Notes under the pieces: model-generated
What the model was told of the DNA's origin: nothing
Seen by the model: the letters and a program-made list of their open reading frames with translations, nothing else
The model's database searches: none
Made by a program: the position numbers and the translations under genes
In this document: positions 11,085-19,822 of the stretch, one piece after another
Layout of the letters: each line of letters begins with the position of its first letter
Position numbering within the stretch: position 1 is the stretch's first letter
Assembly: GCA_937916005.1 (NCBI GenBank)
Contig: CALGIA010000111.1
Coordinates: 1-59,177 of the forward strand
Length of the DNA stretch: 59,177 nucleotides
Direction: 5' to 3'
Origin: an uncultured Rhodospirillaceae bacterium
Lineage (GTDB): Bacteria; Pseudomonadota; Alphaproteobacteria; MPNO01

Positions 11085-12305
11085 TTGTCCCTGGGCCGGA
11101 CCGAACGCCTGCTGGCCGCGCTCGGCAATCCGGAACGAAGGCTGCCGCCGGTCATCCATGTGGCGGGCACCAATGGAAAGGGCTCGGTGATTGCCTTCCT
11201 GAAGGCCATGTTTGAGGCTGCGGGGCTCAGCGCTCATGTCTATACCTCACCGCATCTAGTGCATTTCCGTGAACGTATTGCAGTCCGGGGCGTGCCCATA
11301 AGCGATGGCGCGCTGGTCGATATTCTGGAAGAATGCGAAGCCGCCAATGACGGCGCGCCGATCACGTTTTTTGAGATCACCACGGCGGCGGCGTTCCTGG
11401 CGTTTTCTCGCCATCCCGCGGACATCGTTCTGCTGGAAACCGGGCTCGGCGGACGGTTCGATTCGACAAACGTGATCGCGACGCCGCGTCTGTGCGCCAT
11501 TACCCCCATCAGCATCGACCATGTCCAGTTTCTCGGCGAAACGATTGCGGAAATCGCCTTCGAGAAGGCCGGTATCCTGAAACCGGGCGTTGGATGTGTC
11601 GTGGCCCCCCAGAGTCCCGAGGCCATGCGGGTCATTTTCGATCGCGCGGCTGAAATCGGCGCAACCCTGTTCCGGTCGGAACAGGATTGGGGTGTGGATA
11701 AATTCCATATGCCGGTACCGGGGCTCGCCGGCGCTCATCAGATCGGCAACGCGGCGCAGGCCTATGGCTGTATCCATCAGCTGGATGAATTTCATATCGG
11801 CGATGCAGCAGCCCGCGAGGGCATCGCGGCGGCACGCTGGCCCGCGCGGCTACAGCGTCTGACCGGCGCGGGGCTGGCGGGTGAGCTGCCCGCCGGTTGG
11901 GAGCTTTGGCTCGATGGCGGGCATAATCTGTCGGCGGCCGACGCCCTGGCGGCGTTTGCGCAAGGCTGGGACGACCGACCGCTGCATGTGATCGCCGGCA
12001 TGTTGAACAACCGGGATGCGGTCGCGTTCCTGCACAGGCTGGCGCCGCTGGCCCAATCCATCCAGACCGTGGCCATTCCGGGTGAGGAAAACACCCATGA
12101 CCCGGAATTGGTCGCCCGGGCCGCGCGCCATGCCGGGCTCGATGTCCGCTCCGCGTCCAACATCACGGACGCGGTCAGGGGATTGGCCGGGCAACCGGCC
12201 GGCCGGGTGCTGATCTGCGGATCGCTTTATCTGGCGGGGGCGGTTTTGGCCATGGCGGGAGTCGACTCGGACGCTGGGTTACTGCATCCTCCGACCGACA
12301 AATAA
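11085..12305 (+). CDS. folC: bifunctional folylpolyglutamate synthase / dihydrofolate synthase
   Basis: Motif HVAGTNGKGS plus a Mur-ligase-like body. The true start is probably upstream of TTG 11085, because conserved N-terminal residues are encoded at 11034-11084 (see finding). Confidence 0.9.
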   Translation: MSLGRTERLLAALGNPERRLPPVIHVAGTNGKGSVIAFLKAMFEAAGLSAHVYTSPHLVHFRERIAVRGVPISDGALVDILEECEAANDGAPITFFEITTAAAFLAFSRHPADIVLLETGLGGRFDSTNVIATPRLCAITPISIDHVQFLGETIAEIAFEKAGILKPGVGCVVAPQSPEAMRVIFDRAAEIGATLFRSEQDWGVDKFHMPVPGLAGAHQIGNAAQAYGCIHQLDEFHIGDAAAREGIAAARWPARLQRLTGAGLAGELPAGWELWLDGGHNLSAADALAAFAQGWDDRPLHVIAGMLNNRDAVAFLHRLAPLAQSIQTVAIPGEENTHDPELVARAARHAGLDVRSASNITDAVRGLAGQPAGRVLICGSLYLAGAVLAMAGVDSDAGLLHPPTDK

Positions 12306-12318
12306 CTCTTTCAGGAAT

Positions 12319-15153
12319 GTGCGTATGAGTGAAGCTGCGGAACAGCAACCGAAGCGGAATGCCCGGGACCATGTCTATCTGGTCGATGGGTCCGGTTATA
12401 TTTTCCGCGCCTTTCACGCGTTGCCCCCCATGACCCGGCCCGATGGCACCCCGGTCAACGCCGTGTTCGGTTTTACCAACATGTTGAGTAAGCTGGTCCA
12501 GGATACGGAAGCAGAGTATATGGCGGTGGTGTTCGACACCTCGCGCAAAACGTTTCGCAGCGAGATTTATGGCGACTACAAGGCGCACCGTCCGCCGCCA
12601 CCGGATGATCTGATCCCGCAATTCGCGCTGATCCGGGAAGCCACCAGGGCGTTCAACCTGCCCAGCATCGAGATGGAAGGTTTCGAGGCCGACGACATCA
12701 TCGCGACCTATGCGAAACAGGCCGCCGAGCAAGGCCACGAGGTCACCATCGTATCGTCGGACAAGGATCTGATGCAGTTGGTCGGCGAGAATGTCCGCAT
12801 GATGGACCCCATGAAAAACCGGATTGTCGGACCGGACGAAGTGCGCGAACGGTTCGGTGTCGGGCCGGAAAAAGTGATCGACGTTCAGGCGTTGGCCGGT
12901 GATTCCTCCGACAACGTTCCGGGCGTTCCGGGGATCGGGGTGAAAACCGCCGCCGAACTGATCAATATCTATGGTGATCTGGATAGCCTGCTGGCCCGCG
13001 CCGGGGAAATCAAACAGCCCAAACGGCGTGAAAATCTGGTCAATTTCGCCGATCAGGCGCGGGTGTCGCGCGAGCTGGTGACGCTGCGCCTGGATGTTCC
13101 CCTGGAGATGAAGCTGGAGGATCTGGCGCTGCACTTGCCTGATGCGGAAATTTTACGGGCCTTTCTCAGCGAGCAGGGCTTCCAATCGACGATCGCCAAG
13201 TTGCAGCTTGGCGCTGCTTCTGGCGCTGCTTTCAAAAACGCCGCACAGGCTGCGCCGGCCAGTTCTGATTCCGCGTCCGCCGCGCCGGTTACGACGCCCG
13301 TCGAAACAGATTATGAATTGGTGCAAACCATCGACCGGCTGCAGGACTGGGTCGATGATGCCCGAACGGCGGGCGTGGTGGCCGTCGACACGGAAACCAC
13401 TTCGCTCGATTCCATGCGCGCCGAGCTGGTCGGCGTGTCCCTGTCGATCCGGGGCGGGCGGGCGTGTTATATCCCGCTGGCCCATGTGGGCGCGCCGCCA
13501 CAGGGGTTGCTCGATCTGGGGGGCGAGTCCGGGGCCTGCGACGCGCCGGAACAGATTCCCATGGACCAGGCGCTCGGCCTGTTGCGTCCGCTGCTGGCCG
13601 ACCGGGGCGTGCTGAAGATCGGCCACAATATCAAATATGACATGGAGGTGCTGGCGCGTTACGACGTGACTGTGGCGCCCATCGACGACACCATGATCCT
13701 GTCCTATGTGCTGGAAAGCGGGTCCCACGGCCATGGGCTTGACGAATTGTCGCTGCTGCATTTCGGGCATTCCAACATCAAATTTTCCGATGTGGCGGGA
13801 AGCGGCAAGAAACGGATCGGGTTTGCCGAAGTGCCGCTCGACAAGGCGCTTGAGTATGCCGCCGAGGATGCGGACATGACCGCGCGGCTTCATCTCGCGC
13901 TTAAACCCCGTCTCGCGACGGAACATATGACCGTCATCTATGAAAATATCGAACGCGCTTTGATCCCGGTTCTTGTCCAGGTGGAACAGGCCGGAATCAA
14001 GGTCGATGCGGGTGAGCTGAAAGCGCTGTCGGATGATTTCGAAAAACGGGGCGCCATCCTGGGCGAGGAAATCCATAAGCTCGCCGGGCATGATTTCAAC
14101 ATCGCGTCCCCCAAGCAGCTGGGCGAGGTGCTGTTTGACGAGATGGGGCTGTCCGGCGGCAAGAAGGGGAAGGCGGGAGCCTATTCCACCGACGCCAGCG
14201 TGTTGGAAGGGCTCGCCGCCGAGGGCCATGATTTGCCCGCGCGGGTGCTCGATTGGCGGCAGCTGGCCAAGCTCCGCAGCACCTATACGGAGGCGCTGAT
14301 CAACCAGATCAACCCCGATACGGGCCGGGTGCATACGTCCTACGCCCAGGCCATCGCGTCGACCGGACGGTTGAGTTCCACGGACCCGAATTTGCAGAAT
14401 ATTCCGGTTCGGACGGAAGACGGTCGTAAGATTCGCCGCGCCTTCATCGCCGACAAGGGCAATGTGCTGCTGTCGGCCGATTATTCCCAGATCGAGTTAC
14501 GGCTGCTGGCCCATGTCGCTGATATCGGCTCGCTCAAGGAAGCATTCTTGAACGGCGCCGATATCCACGCCCGCACGGCCAGCGAAGTGTTCGGCATTCC
14601 CATGGAAGGCATGGACGGGGCCGTTCGCAACCGGGCCAAGGCGATCAATTTCGGCATCATATACGGCATCAGCCCGTTCGGCCTGGCCCGACAGCTCGGC
14701 ATTCCCCAGGGCGAGGCGAAGCAATATATCGAAAGCTATTTCCAACATTACCCCGGCATCCGGGATTATATGGAACAAACCAAGGAGTTCGCCCGGATCA
14801 ATGGTTTTGTGACCACGGTTTTCGGGCGCAAATGCCATGTGCCGGGAATTCAGGACAAGAACCCGGCGCGCCGTAATTTTTCCGAGCGCGCGGCGGTGAA
14901 CGCGCCATTGCAGGGGGCGGCGGCCGATATCATCAAGCTCGCCATGATCCAGGCGCCAAAGGCGCTGGAAAAAGCGGGGCTCACCGCCCGGATGCTGCTC
15001 CAGGTGCATGATGAGCTGGTCTTCGAGGTTCCCGAGGCGGAACTGGAAAAGACCACCGAGCTGGTTTCAAAAGTCATGTCCGGGGCCGCCCACCTCAGCG
15101 TTCCGCTGGTGGTGGATACGGGAAGCGGGCTGAATTGGGCCGACGCTCACTAA
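12319..15153 (+). CDS. polA: DNA polymerase I
   Basis: 944-aa ORF with a 5'-nuclease domain, a 3'-5' exonuclease domain (VAVDTETTSLD) and polymerase motifs DYSQIELRLLAH, KAINFGIIYG and QVHDELVFE. ATG 12325 is an alternative start. Confidence 0.97.
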   Translation: MRMSEAAEQQPKRNARDHVYLVDGSGYIFRAFHALPPMTRPDGTPVNAVFGFTNMLSKLVQDTEAEYMAVVFDTSRKTFRSEIYGDYKAHRPPPPDDLIPQFALIREATRAFNLPSIEMEGFEADDIIATYAKQAAEQGHEVTIVSSDKDLMQLVGENVRMMDPMKNRIVGPDEVRERFGVGPEKVIDVQALAGDSSDNVPGVPGIGVKTAAELINIYGDLDSLLARAGEIKQPKRRENLVNFADQARVSRELVTLRLDVPLEMKLEDLALHLPDAEILRAFLSEQGFQSTIAKLQLGAASGAAFKNAAQAAPASSDSASAAPVTTPVETDYELVQTIDRLQDWVDDARTAGVVAVDTETTSLDSMRAELVGVSLSIRGGRACYIPLAHVGAPPQGLLDLGGESGACDAPEQIPMDQALGLLRPLLADRGVLKIGHNIKYDMEVLARYDVTVAPIDDTMILSYVLESGSHGHGLDELSLLHFGHSNIKFSDVAGSGKKRIGFAEVPLDKALEYAAEDADMTARLHLALKPRLATEHMTVIYENIERALIPVLVQVEQAGIKVDAGELKALSDDFEKRGAILGEEIHKLAGHDFNIASPKQLGEVLFDEMGLSGGKKGKAGAYSTDASVLEGLAAEGHDLPARVLDWRQLAKLRSTYTEALINQINPDTGRVHTSYAQAIASTGRLSSTDPNLQNIPVRTEDGRKIRRAFIADKGNVLLSADYSQIELRLLAHVADIGSLKEAFLNGADIHARTASEVFGIPMEGMDGAVRNRAKAINFGIIYGISPFGLARQLGIPQGEAKQYIESYFQHYPGIRDYMEQTKEFARINGFVTTVFGRKCHVPGIQDKNPARRNFSERAAVNAPLQGAAADIIKLAMIQAPKALEKAGLTARMLLQVHDELVFEVPEAELEKTTELVSKVMSGAAHLSVPLVVDTGSGLNWADAH

Positions 15154-15229
15154 GAAATTATCTCCCGGCACATTGGTGCGGCGATTCGCCTATTGCGTCG
15201 GCAATGGTGGTTTCGCTATAGTGCCGACT

Positions 15230-15248
15230 GCAACTGATAATCATTCTT
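15230..15248. promoter_or_regulatory. candidate Fur box
   Basis: GCAACTGATAATCATTCTT matches the 19-bp Fur consensus GATAATGATAATCATTATC at 14 of 19 positions by hand alignment, with core GATAATCATT exact. It lies 22 nt upstream of the Fe(3+)-binding-protein ATG. Confidence 0.35.
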
Positions 15249-15270
15249 AGTTAAGGGAGCGGGGAAAACC

Positions 15271-16326
15271 ATGTTTGTTCATCGCAAGGATCGCGGAAAG
15301 ACGATCCTGTTCGCTGTCGCCGCCATGATGTCCATGGTTGCCATAACGCCTTTCCTGGCCGGACGCGCGTCGGCGGAAGAGGTCAATATCTATTCTTATC
15401 GCAAGGAACATCTGATCAGGCCGCAGTTGGACGCTTTCACCAGGCTGACGGGAATAACGGTCAATCTGGTGACCGGAGAAGCGGATGCCCTGATCCAGCG
15501 GATCCTGCGGGAAGGCATGAACAGCCCGGCCGATGCGCTGCTGAGTTCGGATGCGGGACGGTTGGTGCGGTCAAAGGAAATGGGCATTCTTCAGCCCGTG
15601 AGATCCGCCAAGTTGGAAGGCGCCATTCCGGCGCGCTATCGTGATCCCGAGGGGTACTGGTTTGGGCTGGGGGTTCGCGCCCGGGCCATTTTTTACGCAA
15701 TTGACCGGATCAAGCCGTCATCCTTGTCGACTTACGAGGCGCTGACCGGCGCGCAGTGGAAAAACCGGGTGCTGATCCGGTCATCGAGCAATATCTATAA
15801 TCAGTCCCTGTTGGCGTCGCTGATTGAACATTTGGGCAAGGACGGCGCCACGTCGTGGGCGCGCGGCATTGTCGCCAACATGGCGCGCCGCCCCCAGGGC
15901 GGCGACACCGACCAGATTCGTGCCGTGGCGGCGGGCGCGGGCGATGTGGCTATCGCCAATCATTATTATTATGCGCGGCTGATGGCGTCGACAAAGGCGA
16001 GCGACAAGGAGATTGTGGCGAAGGTGAAAGTATTCTGGCCGAACCAGAACGGGCGTGGAACCCACGTCAATATCTCCGGCGCGGCTGTTACGAAAAGCGC
16101 CAAGCACAAGGCGGCCGCCATCAGGCTGCTGGAATTTCTGGCAAGCGAGCCGGCCCAGAAGATCTATGCGGAAAAGGGCTTTGAATTCCCGGTACGAAGG
16201 GGCGTCGCCGTCTCCAGCGTGGTGGCGTCGCTGGGTGCATTCAAATCCGACGCCATCAAGATCGACGTCCTCGGGAAGAACAACGCTGCGGCGGTCCGGA
16301 TATTCGACCGGGTCGGCTGGCGCTAG
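15271..16326 (+). CDS. Fe(3+) ABC transporter periplasmic substrate-binding protein (FbpA/AfuA-like)
   Basis: 351-aa ORF. It has a signal peptide (ILFAVAAMMSMVAITPFLAGRASA) and a family-1 solute-binding fold typical of ferric-binding proteins (VNIYSYR..., IANHYYYARL). Confidence 0.82.
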   Translation: MFVHRKDRGKTILFAVAAMMSMVAITPFLAGRASAEEVNIYSYRKEHLIRPQLDAFTRLTGITVNLVTGEADALIQRILREGMNSPADALLSSDAGRLVRSKEMGILQPVRSAKLEGAIPARYRDPEGYWFGLGVRARAIFYAIDRIKPSSLSTYEALTGAQWKNRVLIRSSSNIYNQSLLASLIEHLGKDGATSWARGIVANMARRPQGGDTDQIRAVAAGAGDVAIANHYYYARLMASTKASDKEIVAKVKVFWPNQNGRGTHVNISGAAVTKSAKHKAAAIRLLEFLASEPAQKIYAEKGFEFPVRRGVAVSSVVASLGAFKSDAIKIDVLGKNNAAAVRIFDRVGWR

Positions 16327-16343
16327 GGATATTCACTGAAATG

Positions 16344-16380
16344 AAAAACGGGGCGGCGCTTGATGCGCCGCCCCGTTTTC
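16344..16380. terminator. bidirectional intrinsic terminator between convergent genes
   Basis: AAAAACGGGGCGGCGC-TTGAT-GCGCCGCCCCGTTTTC is a perfect GC-rich stem flanked by an A-run and a T-run. It sits between the stop at 16326 (+) and the stop at 16398 (-). Confidence 0.78.
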
Positions 16381-16397
16381 GATTCCAGCCGGTGGGA

Positions 16398-18041
16398 TTA
16401 CGCCGCGGCGTGAATCCCGGCCGCATTGACCTTGTCGTCGACCGCATCTTCGAACTGTTCGAAATTCTTTTCGAAGCGCTGGGCCAGGTTGCGGGCCATG
16501 TCATCATAGCCCTTCTTGTCGTTCCAGGTCGATTTGGGGTTGAGCACTTCCTGGGGCACATCGGGGCAGGATTCGGGCACCAGCATCCCGAAATTCGGGT
16601 CCGGCCTGGAGGCGACCGTCGCCAACTTGCCTTCAAGGGCCGCCCGCAGCATGCCGCGCGTATGGGCGATTTTCATGCGCTTGCCCACGCCATAGGCGCC
16701 GCCGCTCCAGCCGGTATTGACCAACCAGCATTTGGCGCCGTGCCGGGCGATCTTTTCACCCAGCAGCTTGGCATAGACCGTCGGATGGCGCGGCAGGAAC
16801 GGTGCACCAAAGCAAGTCGAAAAGGTGGCCTCAGGCTCATTGCCGAGACCGCGTTCCGTGCCGGCCACTTTCGCGGTATAGCCGGACAAGAAGTGATACA
16901 TTGCCTGTTCCGCGCTGAGTTGGCTGATCGGCGGCAACACGCCGAACGCATCGGCGGTCAGCATCACGATGTTTTCCGGATGTCCGCCCATGCCCGTGTC
17001 GCTGGTGTTGGGGATGAAGCTCAGCGGATAGGACGCGCGGGTGTTTTCCGTCAACGATCCGTCGTCGAAATCGGGCATGCGGGATTCGCCCTTGAGCACG
17101 ACATTTTCAAGCACGGTGCCGAAACGGAAGCAGGCGGCGTGGATTTCCGGCTCGGCCTCGGCCGACAGCTTGATCGCCTTGGCGTAACAGCCGCCTTCGA
17201 AATTGAACACGCCGCTATCGGACCAGCCATGTTCGTCATCGCCGATCAGTTTGCGGGTGGGCTCGGACGACAGGGTCGTCTTGCCGGTGCCCGACAGACC
17301 GAAAAAAATCGCCGTATCGCCCTTGGGGCCGATATTGGACGAACAATGCATCGGCAGCACGCCCCGGGCCGGCAGCAGATAATTCAGCACCGAGAAAATG
17401 GTCTTCTTGATTTCGCCCGTATAGTGCGAGCCGCCAACCAGAACCAGGCGCTTGGCGAAGTTAAGCAGCACGAAAACTTCGCTGCGCGTTCCGTCAATCG
17501 CGGGGATCGAATTGAAGTTCGGCGCCTGGATAACCGTGAAATCCGGCTCGAAATCATGCAGCGCCTCGTTTGCCGGCGGGATGAACATGTTGCCCGTGAA
17601 AAGGCTGTGCCAGGATTGTTCGGTCACCACGCGGACCTTCAGGCGGTAATCCGGATCGGCTCCGGCGTAAACGTCGCGCACGAACGCTTCGCGGCCCTGG
17701 AAATAGGCCAGCATACGCTTGTGAACGGTGTCGAAATGTTCCGGCGAAATCTTGTTGTTGACCGGACCCCACCAGATATCGCCACTGGATGACGGCTCAT
17801 CAACGATGAACTTGTCCTTGGGCGAGCGCCCGGTATATTCGCCGGTCGTGGTCACGAAACCGCCGCCATAGGCCAGCTCGCCTTCGCCGCGCCGCAGCGC
17901 ATGCTCATACAGCGCCGGCGTCGATAAATTCCAATGTGCGGCGCTCAGATTGCTAAACCCGTGGTTTTCCAACCCGAATTTGCTCTTAAAAGGTCCCGTC
18001 TGTTCCACCATTTCCTCCTGAATTCCTGTGCTGTCCTGCAC
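16398..18041 (-). CDS. pckA: phosphoenolpyruvate carboxykinase (ATP)
   Basis: 547-aa ORF with the kinase-1a motif FFGLSGTGKTTLS and conserved LIGDDEHGW. Confidence 0.96.
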   Translation of the reverse strand: MQDSTGIQEEMVEQTGPFKSKFGLENHGFSNLSAAHWNLSTPALYEHALRRGEGELAYGGGFVTTTGEYTGRSPKDKFIVDEPSSSGDIWWGPVNNKISPEHFDTVHKRMLAYFQGREAFVRDVYAGADPDYRLKVRVVTEQSWHSLFTGNMFIPPANEALHDFEPDFTVIQAPNFNSIPAIDGTRSEVFVLLNFAKRLVLVGGSHYTGEIKKTIFSVLNYLLPARGVLPMHCSSNIGPKGDTAIFFGLSGTGKTTLSSEPTRKLIGDDEHGWSDSGVFNFEGGCYAKAIKLSAEAEPEIHAACFRFGTVLENVVLKGESRMPDFDDGSLTENTRASYPLSFIPNTSDTGMGGHPENIVMLTADAFGVLPPISQLSAEQAMYHFLSGYTAKVAGTERGLGNEPEATFSTCFGAPFLPRHPTVYAKLLGEKIARHGAKCWLVNTGWSGGAYGVGKRMKIAHTRGMLRAALEGKLATVASRPDPNFGMLVPESCPDVPQEVLNPKSTWNDKKGYDDMARNLAQRFEKNFEQFEDAVDDKVNAAGIHAAA

Positions 18042-18148
18042 CGGGCAGGCGGCGTCCCGCGCCTGAATCGCGCCGAAGAGGCAACATAAACATCCGGCCC
18101 CGGACTTGCAACAAAACCACGACCGGAGATCACAATTTTCTAAGCGTT

Positions 18149-18889
18149 TCAGCCGATGTTGCGTGATTTCTCCACCAGGGCCACAAGCATTGCCCGCGCG
18201 GCGGCTGGATCGGCCACCAACCGGTCGAATTCAAGCCGCGCGCATGCGCCGCCCTGACGCAGATCGCAGCCCTCCGGGTCGATCCCGGTCATGGTCCATT
18301 TGTCACCCGTAAGCCCCAATAATTTATCGGCGTAAAGCGCCAGCGCATCCGTATGATCGGCGTTCATGTGGTCGACGATATCGGCCTCATCCGCCGCCAG
18401 CGCATCCGCGCCATCTCCGGCAAAAAGCACGGAATCCGTGTCAAGCCAGTCGATCGCGCCGAATCCGGCGACCATATGGACCTGTTCCGGCTGCAGGCGA
18501 TAGAGATTGAAATCGGCAAATCCCACATATCCCGCCGCGTCCGGGTGACGCCGCACATAGCGCGCGAGCAAAGCGTCGTCGCGGCAAATTTCAAGCCTGC
18601 CCAGCACGGTAGCGCGCAACCCGGTCAGCGGAATTTCGAGCCCGGAAGTGTCCTCGAACAATAGCGACGCGCGCGAATCCCGCTTGATGTTTTTGGTATG
18701 TTCGGCGAGATCGGAGATCAGCAGTAACGGCGCGGCGCTGAAATCACACGCGACCATGACAAAGGACGCATAGGGCCAGTTTTCGCCCCCCCCGGTTTCG
18801 CCGGTCAGGCAGGTGGCCAGCGCCGCACGGTCGGCCGCGCGGATCAGGCGGCGAATTCTCGGGCCATAATCTTCATTATTCTCGGTCAT
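18149..18889 (-). CDS. HugZ-like / pyridoxamine 5'-phosphate oxidase-fold protein with DUF2470 C-terminal domain
   Basis: 246-aa ORF. The N-terminal split-barrel region (AALATC...WPYASFVMVA) is followed by a C-terminal IVDHMNADHTDAL motif typical of DUF2470. Confidence 0.65.
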   Translation of the reverse strand: MTENNEDYGPRIRRLIRAADRAALATCLTGETGGGENWPYASFVMVACDFSAAPLLLISDLAEHTKNIKRDSRASLLFEDTSGLEIPLTGLRATVLGRLEICRDDALLARYVRRHPDAAGYVGFADFNLYRLQPEQVHMVAGFGAIDWLDTDSVLFAGDGADALAADEADIVDHMNADHTDALALYADKLLGLTGDKWTMTGIDPEGCDLRQGGACARLEFDRLVADPAAARAMLVALVEKSRNIG

Positions 18890-18962
18890 GAAACAGATAG
18901 TGATGGCCGGTGGCGACCCCGGTCAAGTGGGCATCGGAAAAATTAACCTTATACAGCCCCTG

Positions 18963-18985
18963 GTATTGTGTCTGAGTATTGTGTC
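18963..18985. repeat. tandem direct repeat GTATTGTGTC x2 (3-nt spacer) in the divergent hugZ-like/chvI intergenic region
   Basis: GTATTGTGTC-TGA-GTATTGTGTC read directly at 18963-18985. The repeat is certain, but any regulatory role is unproven. Confidence 0.6.
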
Positions 18986-19111
18986 GGGCAACAGCCCCAT
19001 TTCTGCCTTATTGCGATGCTAGCTTTATGAATGGCGGCTTGGCGCGGATGCCGGTGGGTATCAGGGCCAAACAGTGATAGGCTGGGTCACGTTTTCGATA
19101 AGGAAATGGCA

Positions 19112-19816
19112 ATGAAACGCACGATTGCACTGGTTGACGACGACCGAAATATCCTGACGTCCGTATCGATTGCCCTGGAATCAGAGGGTTATATTGTGGA
19201 AACCTATACTGATGGCGCGGCGGCGCTTCAGGGCCTGAAAGCGAAACCGGTGGATCTCGCGGTGCTCGACATCAAAATGCCGCGCATGGATGGCATGGAG
19301 TTGCTGTCCAAGCTCCGAAAGGAAATCGAACTGCCGGTGATTTTTCTGACCTCCAAAGACGATGAGGTGGACGAAATCCTGGGCCTGCGCATGGGGGCCG
19401 ATGATTATATCACGAAGCCTTTTTCCCAACGGCTGTTGCTCGAACGAATCCGCACCATATTGCGGCGTCACGAAAAAATTGCCGCCAACAGCAATGATCT
19501 GGAAGCGACGGCGCCTCCCCTGGTGCGCGGCAATCTGGTTTTGGACGCCGACCGGCATCTCTGCTCCTGGAAGGGTGTAACAGTCGATTTGACCGTGACC
19601 GAATTTTTGATTGTTCAGGCCCTGGCGGCGCGGCCGGGCCATGTCAAAAGCCGCGACCAGTTGATGGACGCGGCTTATGGCGACAGCATCTATGTGGATG
19701 ACCGGACCATCGATAGTCATATAAAACGGCTGCGCAAAAAATTTAAGGCATCTGATGACGAGTTTTCGGAAATTGAAACGCTGTACGGTATCGGCTATCG
19801 CTACCGGGATGGGTAG
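19112..19816 (+). CDS. chvI: OmpR-family response regulator ChvI
   Basis: From ATG 19112 (RBS AAGGAA upstream) the protein reads [27 protein letters not shown]...[13 protein letters not shown]...[12 protein letters not shown]. This closely resembles the ChvI/BvrR N-terminus. C-terminal winged-helix domain. Confidence 0.9.
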   Translation: MKRTIALVDDDRNILTSVSIALESEGYIVETYTDGAAALQGLKAKPVDLAVLDIKMPRMDGMELLSKLRKEIELPVIFLTSKDDEVDEILGLRMGADDYITKPFSQRLLLERIRTILRRHEKIAANSNDLEATAPPLVRGNLVLDADRHLCSWKGVTVDLTVTEFLIVQALAARPGHVKSRDQLMDAAYGDSIYVDDRTIDSHIKRLRKKFKASDDEFSEIETLYGIGYRYRDG

Positions 19817-19822
19817 TCTCGG

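Noticed and set aside
16341-17792. 483-aa + strand ORF antisense to pckA
   Set aside because: pckA on the - strand has the full PEP carboxykinase motif set. The + frame has a biased Arg/Gly/Ala composition, and its start lies inside the bidirectional terminator hairpin.
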